A DNA stretch of 64,000 bases from the human T2T-CHM13v2.0 reference genome, Homo sapiens (GCF_009914755.1 NC_060930.1); one strand, 5' to 3'. Counted from the first letter of the stretch, positions 1-14,559 are shown. Made by a program: numbers and translations. Notes: a model not told the origin generated them from the letters alone.

Positions 1-406
1 AATTTATCTAATTGAACACCAAAGCATGGCAATTCATTCATTCATTTATTCATTTAACAAGTAAATTTTGTTACATTTTAGAATGTATCATAAATATTTC
101 AATTTCACAAATTATACAAATGTAAACAATTATATTGTGTGTGAAACTGTATTTAAGCATATAGTATCCGCCCAAGTGCATTTAGAAGAAGACACAACAT
201 ATTCTTTAATGCCGAGCATGTTCTCTTCTGCTCAACCCTACTCTCTTGGAAAATCTGTGCTTTAGACAAATTCTAGTTTAACAAACCCAGATCAGAATTC
301 CATATTGAAAAAAAAGGGGGGGATTTGTTGAACAAAATATAGTTGCTCCAGTTGTAGTTGAAAGGCTTTCTCTGGATTTGTTTTTTCTCGTCGGCCTAGC
401 GGTAGA

Positions 407-425
407 CTGCCTCCAGGGGGCACCA
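407..425 (+). promoter_or_regulatory. CTCF motif (forward)
   Basis: ctgcctccagggggcacca closely matches the CTCF core CCASYAGRKGGCRS; motif match only. Confidence 0.6.
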
Positions 426-785
426 GAATACAGCAGATTTCTATCAATGCGTAAAACTAGTTGAATCAAAGTAAGTTTCCAGGACATAAAATAGGCTGTG
501 GGTAGGGTGCAGTTGCTAAAGAGAAAAGTAGGTTGTAATTTGTTCACCTGTGCATTATTTTCATCATCTTTTAAAAATGCCTTTTTTATATTCCATAATC
601 TGGTTCTTTTATTCAAATTTTAAGAGGAAGCAATTCTCAATGGTGATCTCTTCCTGACAATAACGTCCTGTGACAGCTAGCTACTCACCTACAAATGTCT
701 TATAGTCCAAGCTAAACTATAGCTCCTTGAGGGTAGATTCCATTCCTCTTTGCATATTTCTCCAGCTCCTAGCTAAATATAGTAG

Positions 786-1096
<311 letters not shown>

Positions 1097-1302
1097 CCAT
1101 GCCCAATACATTTTTAATTTAAGAATGGTGCAGAGAAGAGCAGCACAGTGTAAAACTGAAGAGCCAAGGGGCTCTGGTGACTGCTGAGAGTACAGCAGAG
1201 TGAAATACAGATGCGAAGTTACTTAGTGGATCTGAAACATGTAAATGGCATTGGCTATCTTAAAATGTCCTTGATGTGATGGTAATTGTTCCATTTCCTT
1301 GC

Positions 1303-1448
1303 TTTTTTATTTTTATCTATTTTGAGACAGAGTCTTGCTCTGTTGCCCATGCTGGATTACAGTGGCACAATCACCCTTGACACCTCAAGAGTGTCACCTA
1401 GACCTCCCCAGTAGCTGGGACTACAGGTGCCCACGCTCATACCCAGCT

Positions 1449-1483
<35 letters not shown>

Positions 1484-1583
1484 ATGTTGCCCAGGCTGGT
1501 CTGGAACCCCAGGGCTCCAGGTATCCTCCCACCTCAGTATCCTAAAGTGCTGGGATTATAGGCATGAGCCACCAATCCCAACC
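1303..1583 (-). mobile_element. AluJ-like, degenerate, with long internal poly-T
   Basis: gagacagagtcttgctc...gggattataggcatgagccacc. Confidence 0.9.
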
Positions 1584-1608
1584 TCATTTCACTTTAAAAT
1601 GCTATTTT

Positions 1609-1715
1609 AGGAGGCAGGAGGATCACTTGAGCCCAGGAGTTCAAGGCTTCAGTGAGCCATGATCATGCCATTGCTACTCTAGCCTGAGCTACAGAGTGGG
1701 AGCCTGTCTCAAAAA
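1609..1715 (+). mobile_element. Alu monomer fragment (FRAM/AluJ-like)
   Basis: ggaggcaggaggatcacttgagcccaggagttcaagg...ctgtctcaaaaa. Confidence 0.85.
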
Positions 1716-1824
1716 TTTTTTTTAAATCTTTTTTTTTAAGCTACTTTATAGCAATAGTGTTCTCCAGCACTTCTGGGAGCCTACTTTCCTACAGAGAGCG
1801 CAAAATTGAGATACAATGTGCCAC

Positions 1825-1957
1825 GCAGTGCTACACAATGCCATTTTATATCAGGGACTTGAGCATCTGAGGATTTTGGTACGGAGGAGGTAGCCTGGAT
1901 GCAAAGTTGGCGTGGATTGGCCCAGAACCAATCCCCCGTGGATACTGAAGGAAAGCC
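1825..1957 (+). mobile_element. MER2 (Tigger-family DNA transposon) terminal fragment
   Basis: ccattttatatcagggacttgagcatc...ggattttggta...gaaccaatcccccgtggatactga matches the recalled MER2 end. Confidence 0.75.
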
Positions 1958-3685
1958 ATACCAACCTATTTATATTTCCAAAAAAGTTCAGACATTTCAT
2001 AATGTAGCTATCTCAATAGATCACATTTACACAAAAGTTGCACTCTGCTCCCAGGTGGTTCATATCTTCTCAAAGGGTCATATAATTAATGAGACTTTGG
2101 AAGAATTCAGACCTACTTTTTACAATGATCTTTACTGTTTATTAGAGGGTATTAGCAAAATTTCAGAGTTTTACAAATCATGCAAACGTATAAATCAGAC
2201 TGCATTTAAAACAGTATTTAAACACATTATATCTCACCGAGGGCATTTAGATGAATCTATGGCATATTCCTTAATATGAAGCATGTTCCCTTAAATTATA
2301 CCTCCCTAAAGGATGGTTTGCTCCTGGCCAGCTAGGGCAGGGAAGGGTGTGGGGTTAATCATTTTAAAAACTATGAATCAGATTCTGGGCTCACCAGTAG
2401 CTGAGCTGTTCTTTCTATAACTTCAGATTTATGCTGTATTCAGCAAATACGGACCCAGATACCTTCAAATATTAAGTATTTATCCTTCAGAACTTTAAGA
2501 AACACAGGTGACCAACCGTGCCTCATCGTCACAAGGGTTCAAAAATGAATGAGTGAATTTGTTCTGAAATTTGGGGTGGGAATGTAAGAATGAAATCCTT
2601 TCTACATAAAATTCCATTGAATGGGGCCACTGGGAAGGCATTGATTGCCCCTGGAGAGCAATGCATCAAAAATGAGAGAAAGGAAGAGATTTTTTGAGCC
2701 ATTTTGCCTTTAAATTTAGCAACGATACTTTTTGACTTTTTTCAGCAAATTACTTAATAATGTACTCCAATTAGATAGAATCATATAAAAGAATCTGTAA
2801 AATACATTCTCCAACCAAACTTTCTTCCTGTTTAAATTGATATTTTGATATTAATTATAGTTTTCATTTATACATAAAAATAGTTATCACATTATATACA
2901 TAAGTACCAGATACATAGCCTTGACTTTGAAGGAAAAAAAAAATCCTGGTGTTACTAAGTCCTGCTCAAAATGAAGACAGCTTCGCAGGATTTTCCCAAA
3001 GACACATCTTCCACAAATTATCTTGGTCCTCCCTAAGCAAGGATATTACAAACAATATAAGAATATAGTCCAGAAAATGTTAGCTAAAGACTGACACCCA
3101 GTGGCAGAGGTGATTTAGGTGGTGAATTACAGCATAGCTTCTTGCATAGGAGTGAGGGGTGCACGTTGTGGGTGTTTCTCTGTAATACATGGTTTTCATT
3201 GAAGACTCAGGGTCACTGAAGGCCAGATTACTTTAAAAATCTAAACATACATTCTTGACCTGAGTAATTTTTTAAATTGATCATTTGAATTCAATTGTAA
3301 ATGTGGACATTCCCAGAGTGCACAGGAACTAACCACATTTTCTGCACCCTGTAGCCTCATGTGTTGCTTTGAACGTCCTTTCCACCCTCCAGCTGCAGTG
3401 CCATCCCATCCTTCTTTCTTCTTTGTCAAGAAGTAGGCACAGACCGTGGATCTCAAACTTGCAGGCATCCCAGCCATTGAGGGAACCTGTTAAAGAAGCT
3501 GATTACTGAGCCCACCTTACACCTACAGAATGGGACGCTGTAGGCACCAAGCTGAGAAGTCCTGTTTGAAATAAGCCGCAGGCTCACTTCTGTTGTGTGA
3601 GTCCTACAGCAGTGACTGACTTCTGTGTACTCTCCCTTCCTCTGGCAACTCCCTTAGGAAATTATTTAAGGTCAGTTATTGACAG

Positions 3686-3829
3686 AGGGCTTCTCAAATT
3701 TTGTTGTGAATCACATCATTGATTTTGATGCGGTGAGTCTGGGGTGGGGCCTGTCTTCTACATTTCTAACAAGCTCACGGGTGAGACTGCTGCTGCTGTC
3801 GGTCCTGCACCGCATTTTGAGTAGCAAGG
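3686..3829. mobile_element. MER5A-type hAT MITE
   Basis: cttctcaaatttt...gtctggggtggggcctg...catttctaacaagctc...ttttgagtagcaagg. Confidence 0.75.
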
Positions 3830-5574
3830 GCAGGAAATCTGTGCCCTCTTAGAATGTAACACTGGAAAGTGGTCTCCCTCTTATGGTTTTTAAAATTGTG
3901 AATGTGCTGGTTTGAGCAATAAACTCTGAAGGTTGAGCATGCATATGCAGTACACGATTCTAATGAAATCAACTGTACAGCAAAATTAGCTGTCATTAAC
4001 AATGTATCATCAATAATGTATATGACACAGTAATTAGGTATAACTGCTGAGCCGGCCGCATAATTGTCATAATTAATATTGCTTTTACAGAAATCACATC
4101 TTTAGATTTTCTCTTCTCATGCGACCATCTTCCTCCCGATATAAAAGAGCTTTTAACCATCATGTTCTCCCTCACCCAATGATATGGGTAAGTTTAAAAC
4201 CAGAGTGCAAATGATTTTGTCACAACATTTTATTTTTGACAAGGGGAATAATTAGGAAAATAGAAAGTTGTTTGAAAGGTAAATCATTAAAGAAAAAAGA
4301 AAACAGAGTTTGAAAATGTTAAAATCAAAATTTCCCAGATTCACAGTTTTGTTTAGGTTGACTTCATCGTTGTGAGCGCCATTGAAAGACACAGGTGTGG
4401 CTCACTCGAAAGTTTTCAGAAAGAGTAAACAGATTTTAACACCTGCCACTGATAGAGTAGGGAGGGGCCTAGGGATTGGTAAAAAGGATATTGACGGTGA
4501 AACACCCATATGAAAAGAAACTTCACAAACGTAATTTAAGTCTTTCATGATTGTCTATGACAGAGTGGTGGGGGAGGGGGAAGTGTTCTCAGAAACAAGG
4601 CTTTCCTACAGTAGGCAGAGGCATGAGAAGATTCAGGCACATCACTTCCTGCCAGGGATACTGTCAAGCAAACCCCAACAAAAGCAAGAAAATGATCATA
4701 TTCCTTTTTTTGTAGTATTGCCTTCTCCAAGAGTCTATTTCAGCAATCCACTCTAGCCACCAGGTTGGAGCAAAAGAAATGAATACTTTATCCAGCTGAC
4801 TCTGCACAGAAAATTAGCTCACGATATTTAACCAACGTAAGATACCCTCTTAAAGAAATTCAGCAGACAGTAACACTATAAAAAGATTTGCCAAAAAAAA
4901 AAAAAAACACCAAGAGTTAATAACCTGAGTGGTATTTTCATTTTATTATGAAGAACAGAAAAGCTAGAAAAAAAGAAATAAAAACAATAGTCAAGAAACC
5001 ATAAAGAAATACAATCATAAACTCCTGATCCTTTGATGGTAGGTAAGACAGAAGAGAAGGGACCCTTTCCCTGAGGGCCAATCTTGCAGCAGACCTGAAT
5101 TACGAGGTGAGTTCTCCACCCTCTGCCTGGGAGCTGATGAGAGGGGTGTGATACTGTTTATAAGGCACTGGCTAGTATTATAAACTTCCCTCACTTCTAT
5201 AATCTAGTCAATGTCTACATCTATTTCATTTATTGATACTAAGACATTCTTTAGAAGTTTCTACTTTAATTTTTTTCCTGCACAGTACACCTTAATTCTT
5301 AACTTTATAATTTTCTATTCTTCCTAATCACAAAAAAGTGTTCAGATAAGAAAAGCATTTTGAGAACAATTTCCTGTTAAGTTATTCAGGATGGTGTTTG
5401 AGCAACAAAGCTATTATAGAAATCAGGTTTTAAAGCATTTGAAATCAGCTGCCCTTGGCAGCCCATCTTTCCCAAGGAGCCCCACGGTGCATACACCTAA
5501 CTGCGACCATTCAGTTGCCCTTGTCCTCTCCCTAAAATAAATCCCAATTGTACTCCCACCTCCTTCCAGCTTCC

Positions 5575-5593
5575 TTCTGCCCCCTCGTGGCAG
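5575..5593 (-). promoter_or_regulatory. CTCF motif (reverse)
   Basis: reverse complement ctgccacgagggggcagaa is a near-consensus CTCF core. Confidence 0.65.
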
Positions 5594-6443
5594 AGACCAA
5601 AGTTGCCCTCTAACTTTGAATGTTCTCTAGGGCCCAGCACCACTTTTAAAAAGAGCAGTTTCTGGCTTTTCAAGGGTCCTCTCTGTCCCTGGGATTTTTA
5701 GGTGTCCCATGGGGCATTGCAAATTTGCTGAGTCAAAGTTTGTCCAGCCAGATTTGCACAGCACGTGGTGGTGGCGGTAGCTTACTTTGAGCTAATGCTT
5801 CAGTCTGCTTCACCAGGCAAAAGATGACTAATCTGGCCTATGAGAGAGGAATGAAGCTGGGCATTGTATAGTGTGATTTTGTGATGCAGGAAAGTCAGTT
5901 TGATGTGTGGTAGCCATAGTGAGACTACCCTAGGATGGGGCGGTGCCCACTTTACTCAAATCAGATCCAGGCAGGGGAGTCAGACCTAGCAAATTACACC
6001 ATAGAAAATTATGCCTCCGAATGAGAAACTGCAATCTCAAGAGTGGGTAATTAGGGTTCCTAATTGCACAACATTATTGAAAGTTTCTCCCACCTCCTTC
6101 AGTGAAATAGCATGCCTCCCATAGATCCAACCCTAAAGGTATACTGAAAGAGATTTGGCTAGCTCTAAAAGAAAATCAAGTTGTATTCAAAGAAACTCAA
6201 TAACAGCTACAAATGAAGCCACAGTTCTACTCTCTCTTCTACGTTGCACTCGGGCTCCCTAGAGGCAAGCTCAGTTACCCCATGCAATGATGCTAACCCA
6301 AAGGCAGGACTGGGGAAAAGGAAGAACCCAAGATACTATTTGGCGGGACACTACAGGCCAAAAGAGGAGCTGACCTTGACCTGGAGCTCTCAAAGTTGGC
6401 TGTCCATTGGAAACATCTGGGGAGTGTCTAAGAATACCAAGAG

Positions 6444-6948
<505 letters not shown>

Positions 6949-7411
6949 AAAAGACTGGGCTTAAGGAGTGAGGCCTGAGCATGGGGATATTTAAAACCTC
7001 CCCCAGGTGATTCCACTGTGCAGCCAACTTTGAGAACCACTGACCTCTCTGTGTAGCTTTCTTCCAGGCTGCTGCTGCTGGCGCCCTTCCATCGTCAACT
7101 CCACAACTCCCAGGTCAGTATATTCCCTTTATAATGCTGTTGCCACTTTTGGAAAATGTGCTTAGGGGAAGGTGCTTCTCTTCTTCCCCTGACATGCTAA
7201 GTTGCTCATTGAGGGTGCAGTGTGGATGCTCTCTAAAGGTAGTTCATTTATTAAAAAATATGTCTTAAATAATGCGTTTGAGGCACATGCTAGGCGCTCA
7301 GGAAACAGGACTGAAAAATACTCTTTGTAACTTCAAGGGGCTTATAGTCTGGAAAGAGAGAAAGAGTTAGCAGTATCAAGGGAGCATGGGGGAGGAGCCC
7401 AGAGAGCATGC

Positions 7412-7852
7412 ATTGTTGCAGACACTGTTTATCAGCTAACCCAGCACTTTCTCAAACCCTTTGTCGTCTCCAAGATAACAACTAGAAAATCAAGTGCTGT
7501 GTTCCCCAGCTCCCCTTAAAGCCAGGCCTGGCAAGAAGACAGTTTTACTCAAGGAGAGAGGGAAGCTAAAATCAGCTGGGAGCCTCCAAAGAAGTTTTTG
7601 CTTTTAATGTTTAACAAAGAAAAAAATGAAAGCATATGCAAGGGTGGTAAAACCTCTGTCCCTGGAGCTCAAGGCAACTGCCTGGAGCTGATGCAGCCAT
7701 CGTATAACCATGAGGTAAAAGCCAAAAGAATCACTGATACACTAGCACTAGCATCTTTTAGTCGTTGAAGCGATACCAGAAGCGGCCTCTGTTTGTCTGC
7801 AGGTGCGTAGGTCAGCATTTATCTGACTTGCAGCTGAATGCAATCAAAACTG
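7412..7852 (+). mobile_element. old MaLR LTR (MLT1J/K/L-like)
   Basis: cctggagctgatgcagccatc...accatgagg...acttgcagctgaatgca hallmark blocks. Confidence 0.6.
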
Positions 7853-7853
7853 G

Positions 7854-7907
7854 CAAACTGGTACAGGTATGGAATGCAAACTGGTACAGGTATGGAATCC
7901 AAACTGG
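7854..7907. repeat. 23-bp tandem duplication (2.3 copies)
   Basis: caaactggtacaggtatggaat(g/c) twice, then caaactgg. Confidence 0.95.
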
Positions 7908-8194
7908 AAGGTGGGGATAGAATGCTTCCTCACGGGGAAAACGAACAAGCTGAATCTTAGAAGATGAGACAAGTTAGTAATGGAGAAACATGGGGAGAAA
8001 AGGGTTCTAAGCAGAAGAGTAATATGAGCCAACGTCTATAGACCGTGAAGCATCCTATTTTTGCTAACTACAGGAATTGAAACTTGATCCTAAAGGCAAA
8101 GGTTAAATTTTGAAAAATTTTAGATTGAGAAACTATATGACCAAATATGTGTTTTAAAAAAATATTACCCTCTAATGTGGTCTATTGCTTCTAA

Positions 8195-8398
<204 letters not shown>

Positions 8399-8564
8399 TG
8401 AACTACTTAGTTTATAAAAGTGAAAAACCAGTAACAATCTAAACCTTACCCATAGGACATGGTGAAATAAATTATGGGACCACCCTATAATGGAATATTT
8501 TTACAACCATATTTTTAGAGAATATATTATTTTACTAGTGGCATAATAACTAAAGAAAAAAGTC

Positions 8565-8903
<339 letters not shown>

Positions 8904-9200
8904 TTAGGAAAAAAAAATGCATAGAGAAAAAGACTACAAAATTTTATGAAATTGTGACTGTGGTTCTTGCTAGGTAGGGAAAATACCATTAATTTTTATT
9001 TTTTAATTAATTATTTTCCAGATTTTTAAGTAACCATTTTTATCATCAGGGAAAATGTTACTTAAAATCTAAAAATGGCAGCCACAGTGGGGGCTAGCCT
9101 AGAAGCAAAGAAATCAGCTCCCAAAAACTGTCTGTTTTGCTTCTGGGCCTTTGTGCTGTGTAACCTAGAGTTGGAAAGTAATATTCTTAGGACATTCTCA

Positions 9201-9556
<356 letters not shown>

Positions 9557-10429
9557 ATAGCTATGGTGCTATGTTCCCCCATAAAGCATGTGTTGATTCT
9601 CTGGAGTCCCACCCTGGCATTCGTAGCCTTAACATTCCTCGGTGGGTTTTGACTCTGCTGCCTTCTTTAGCCCAGCATTTCCCACTACCTTGGGTGAGCC
9701 CCTTTCCACCCTCCTTGGGGGTAAGAATTCATATATTTTTGATAACCCTGGGAGCAACATGATGAGTGTTTGTGTTCCACGTCTGTCACAATCCCTGCCA
9801 CGACTACTGTTCCAGCCATGGTTTGGGTCATGGGACTCTTCATTACCAAACATGGTGGACTGGGTTGGACAATTGCTCAAGAGCAGTTATTCAGTGGAGT
9901 GGCATTTTCAAACTGAGCCAGGTCCATCCATTTCTTGCCCTTGGGGACTTGAATTGGGAAGTACAGAGAGAACCAGACAGTAGGAGCTAAAGTTGGAGTG
10001 ATGTTTAGATGAAGGTAGGAGGTCATGTTGTGATCACAGCAAGTCATGGCCAAGCAGCAATGAGAAGGCAGAAACTATGAGTAGGCAGATTCAGTGATGT
10101 ATGCAGGAAAAACATATGCTGAGTAAAGGGGTAAATGAGATGTACTGAGAGGCAAACAGAGCAGACCCCCCCCCAGAAAATAGCAGACTCCTATAAATGG
10201 AGGAGAATTAGAGTGAAGTTTCAGAAACTCCAGGAGTTGAGGTTCTTAGAGACCGCTGCCTTGACAGAATACTGGCTGGTCTACTGTTTCTTATTTTGCG
10301 TTTTGGTTCATCTCCCTGTATGCTATGTGTTTCCTTAAACTAAGATACCCTACCTCCCTTTGTACTTCCGTTAACCTAGGTTACAAACGTCTCTGTTTCT
10401 TAAAGTCAGAAAGACTGAACTTGAATTGA

Positions 10430-11540
10430 TTGGTCCATCTATTTACTTGTATATTCCCTTATTCATTCTTTCATATATTCTATAAAATATAGTGAAATTG
10501 TGCCAATATTCTATGCACTAGGAACAAGATGATATATGGTACAATACCTGCCCTTAATGATTATTCAGTATTAGCCCTTATGATGGTGATAGAGAGAAAA
10601 ATATGAGTGACATTTAGAAGGATAGAATGGGTACAATTGAATATGGGGGGTGGGTGAAGAGAATATAAGGAGGGAGCAGGAGGAGAAATTTAAGATTATG
10701 CTTCAGGCTTTGCCTGGGTCATTTAGAGAATGACAATGTCATTCTCAGAAATAAAGAATTCTGGGGCTGGGTGCAGTGGCTCACGCTTGTAACCCCAGCA
10801 CTTTGCGAGGCTGAGGCAGGCAGATTGCTTGGGTCCAGGAGTTCCAGACCAGCCTGGGAAACATGGCAAAATCCCATCTCTACAAAAATAAAAATAAAAA
10901 CTAAAAAATAAATTAGATGTGGTGGCACACACCTGTAGTCTCAGCTACTTGGGAGGTTGAGGTGGGAGGATTCCTTAAGCCCCTGGGAAGCAGAGGTTGC
11001 AGTGGGCTGAGATTGCACCACTGCACTTCAGCCTGGGTGACAGATTGACACCATATCTCAAAAAAAGAAAGAAAGAAGAAATTCTGGAATCAGGAATGCT
11101 GAGTTTAAGGACATCCAGGCCGGGGTGTCCATTATATGCAGCTGAGGAAAGAGATTGTAAACATACATTTCAGAACAATAAATATCACTAGTACTATTTG
11201 CATCTATGGCTTTTACAAAGAAAAGAAGGCTGAGAACAGAGTTCTGGGCAACACCAACATTTAAGTGGAGGCCAGAGAATGAGATTTCCTGGAAGGGGGC
11301 CAAGTAGGTGTGATCCAAGTAGCAAGAGAAGAACCAGGAAGTAATATGTCATAGAAGCCAAAGAGTACAAAGAGAAAAATATAGGCCGAAATGCCTGCTA
11401 TGTTTGTAGTATAGAAGGAAGGTATTGGTGATGTAGATGAGAAAGCTTAGTCAGAGAATGTCAGATGGTAATGAGCTGATGATCATGTGTGGATTATCCC
11501 TTCAGTAAGCCAGACTCCATAGGAAAGGAGAGAGACAGAG
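10430..11540 (-). mobile_element. L2 fragments (interrupted by AluJ)
   Basis: purine-rich L2 antisense blocks such as ggctgagaacagagttctgggcaacaccaacatttaagtgg; boundaries approximate. Confidence 0.55.
10765..11077 (+). mobile_element. AluJ
   Basis: full Alu with J-type left arm; TSD aagaattctgg/agaaattctgg. Confidence 0.92.
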
Positions 11541-13547
11541 GAGATGCACAGTCAAGAATTAATAGAACTCATTTATGGGGCCCATCTGCAGGTCTCCACC
11601 CTTTTGAGCATGACTTTAACTCTCAGATCTAACTGAGCATCCTCATGGAACTGCTCCTCTATGTCCTGGGGTCCTCCCCATTCCTCCAGAGTTCATCATG
11701 AGCCCCTGCCAGTAGCTCCTAGACACAGCCTTTTCTGCCCAGCTCCTCCTTCTGCAAGACTAGAGGGGAACCACAACTTCCACCCTGCCTCTTTGGTCTT
11801 CCAAAGGAGAATTAAGATCTCAGCCTTCTTTTCTTTGTAAAAGCCATAGATTCAAATAGTACTAGTGATATTTATTGTTCCGAAATGTATGCTTATGATC
11901 TCTTTCCCCAGCTGCATAACAGATCCCCAGGCCTGGATGACCCTAAACTCACCATTCCTTATTCCAGAATTTCCCCTCCCTCCCTTCCTTTCTTCCTTTC
12001 TTCCTTCCTTCTGGCAGCTCCACACCTGACGACGTGGATGTATATGCCATTCTATCCTGAAAGACTGGAGAAATAAAGTGGAAATTGTACTGTATAGAAG
12101 GAAACAAAAAGCTGTGCTCAAGTGTGTGGTCTGGGAAGAGCGGGAGCAGGCAGGGCCAGGATTGGGCCTGGGCCTTCTCCGTGTCAGATCTCCTGATTGG
12201 CTTTCCCACATCTGTGGGCCCAGGTTCACACATCTCCCAAGGCAAACATTAATTCTCAAAGGTCAGACTTATAAAGAAGAATAAAAGATATTCTTAACTT
12301 TTAGAGCTTTTAAGATTTCTTTCTGCATGGCTTCAATAAGGCACAGTATTATGATCTCTTAGTTACACCAGAGAAATTTTGAGACAAGATACTAAAAAAG
12401 AATTCAAACTTTGGCAAGGATTCTCCTTAGTTTCCATAGGGAGGAATGCTTAATGCCAGTCTTGGCTCCCCTGCCAGAAGGGGAAAGAATGGAAGATTAA
12501 TGGAGCCAAGTTGTTGAATAGGTAGAAAGGGTGTGGCTCTGGGCACAGGCATGAACAGGTCACCTTCTGGGACAGAGGAGAAATGAAGGGATTAGCTGCA
12601 GGTGCAGACATGTTTGCAAATGGGACAAAACAAAGTTCTGTGTGATGGCTTTGTTTTCTTGGTAAATTGCAAACAAAATCTGCTAGCAGTAAAAGTTGAG
12701 GTCATTGTTGCTACTGCTGCTGCTAAACGCAGAACCACATGTTGTGCACTGAATATGTGGGTGTGTCTTTTATGTGTGTTATCTTATTGAGCCCCTGACA
12801 CAGCCTTCTGAAGTATTCTTAGTGAGATTTTACATATGAGGAAAATGGAACTTAAGATATTTATTCATGTCGCCCAACTAGTAAGTGCCAGCAAGGGGAA
12901 TGGAAGGAAATGGCAAATGGAGCAGCAGAGAATGATTTCTTGGTGTTTGAGAAGGAAATAAACACCAAAAATTTGCAGAGACACCAGTCTAAGGACTGAG
13001 TGATTTTCTCCAACTGTGTGATGGAACTGGGGCAGAGGAACAAGGGAGGAAGGGGACTGGACTGATTCGGGGCTGATATTCTACAGTGTGTCATGGAAGG
13101 ACAAAGGGGCAAAAAAGTTGAGAATTTGGGCAAAAGTATAATCAAGAGAGAGGCTATGGGATCCAGGCTGGAAAGGGGAGCATAAAGCCTGTAGACAATA
13201 GGTCAAAATAAAATGAAAGGGTCATAGAAGTGGAGTTTGAAATGATGTCGAAGAGGCAAGTATTTGGGAATTTGGGATTCAGAGAGTCAAAAAACTGAAA
13301 TAATATGAGACTGATAAAGTTATGGTCAAAGAATAGGAAATTGTAGTTACAGATTTTACATAGGGATCAATTCTGAAAAATCATCAGGTTCAGCATTACC
13401 AAAATGAAGTAAAGGTTAATGTAGTTAGACTTTAAAAGCACAAATAATTGAACTAGTATATAAAATGAGATGAATACTTATACATTTATTTATTTATTTA
13501 CACCTTACTCTAGTCTTTAAAATATGAGGTATAGACTTTTTCTAGTA

Positions 13548-14067
13548 GTTTTTTTTTTTTTTAAATTTCCATAGGCTATTGGGGAACAAGTGGTATTTGG
13601 TTACATGAATAAGTTCTTTAGTGGTGATGTGTAAGATTTTGGTGCACCCATCACCTGAGCAATGTACACTGAACCCAATTTGTAGTCTTTTATCCCTCAT
13701 CCCCTTACCACCCTTTTCCCCTCAAGTCCCCAAAGTCCATTTATCATCCTTACCGCCTTTTGCATCCTCATAACTTAGCTCCCATTTATGAGTGAGAACA
13801 TATGATGTTTGGTTTTCCATTCCTGAGTTACTTCACTTAGAATCATAGTCTCCAATACCATCCAGGTTGGTGCAAATGCCATTAATTTATTCCTTTTTAT
13901 GGCTGAGCAGTATTCCATGGTATATATGTACCACAATTTCTTTATCCACTTGTTGATTGATGGTGTTTGGGCTGGTTCCATATTTTTGCAATTGCGAATT
14001 GTGCTGCTGTAAACATGTGTGTGCAAGTATCTTTTTCATATAACGACTTCTTTTCCTCTGGGTAGAT
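13548..14067 (-). mobile_element. L1PB 3' end, 5'-truncated
   Basis: poly-T, L1PB-type 3'UTR; ORF 13775..14026 is L1 ORF2 C-terminus (WIKKLWYIYTMEY). Confidence 0.9.
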
Positions 14068-14559
14068 TTGGTGAGAGCTTGTCCTCTTTACCTCTGAGTA
14101 GATTTGGTGAGATAATGATGGTGAGACAAGCTAGAAAGAAATATGATAAATGAAGAAATATATTGTCAGTAACTGTGCTGGGAACTCATATATTTGGTAC
14201 ATGAAAATGACAAAGGGAAACTGGTTTTGCATGAAGCAGGAATGGAAAACAAGAAAAATTCTGACTTGCCTAATGGTAAGAGGAGTAATGGTGAGTACAC
14301 AGTCCACACCAGAGAGGACCACAAAGAAGCATCATATCCTGGAAAGAAGGAGCAAGTTTTCTCTATGGCAAGGAGGTAGGATAATCATCATGTGATAAAC
14401 TCGAGAGTTGTAGGAGACTGGGGACATGATCAAGGTATTGGAGGCAGCACTGGGTGAGAGCACAAGTCGGAAGGTGAGTGACACTGAGTGAGGCCAAGAG
14501 AGGAATTGCAAGGTGATATGCGAATGGGAATGAAACTTGCAGTTGACTGATTTTTTTCA

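Noticed and set aside
7854-7907. CRISPR-like repeats here and at 15911 and 57997
   Set aside because: Only two copies, no unique spacers, no cas genes, eukaryotic context
9560-10420. Possible old LTR remnants
   Set aside because: Some LTR-like blocks, but too degenerate to assign a family or boundaries by eye
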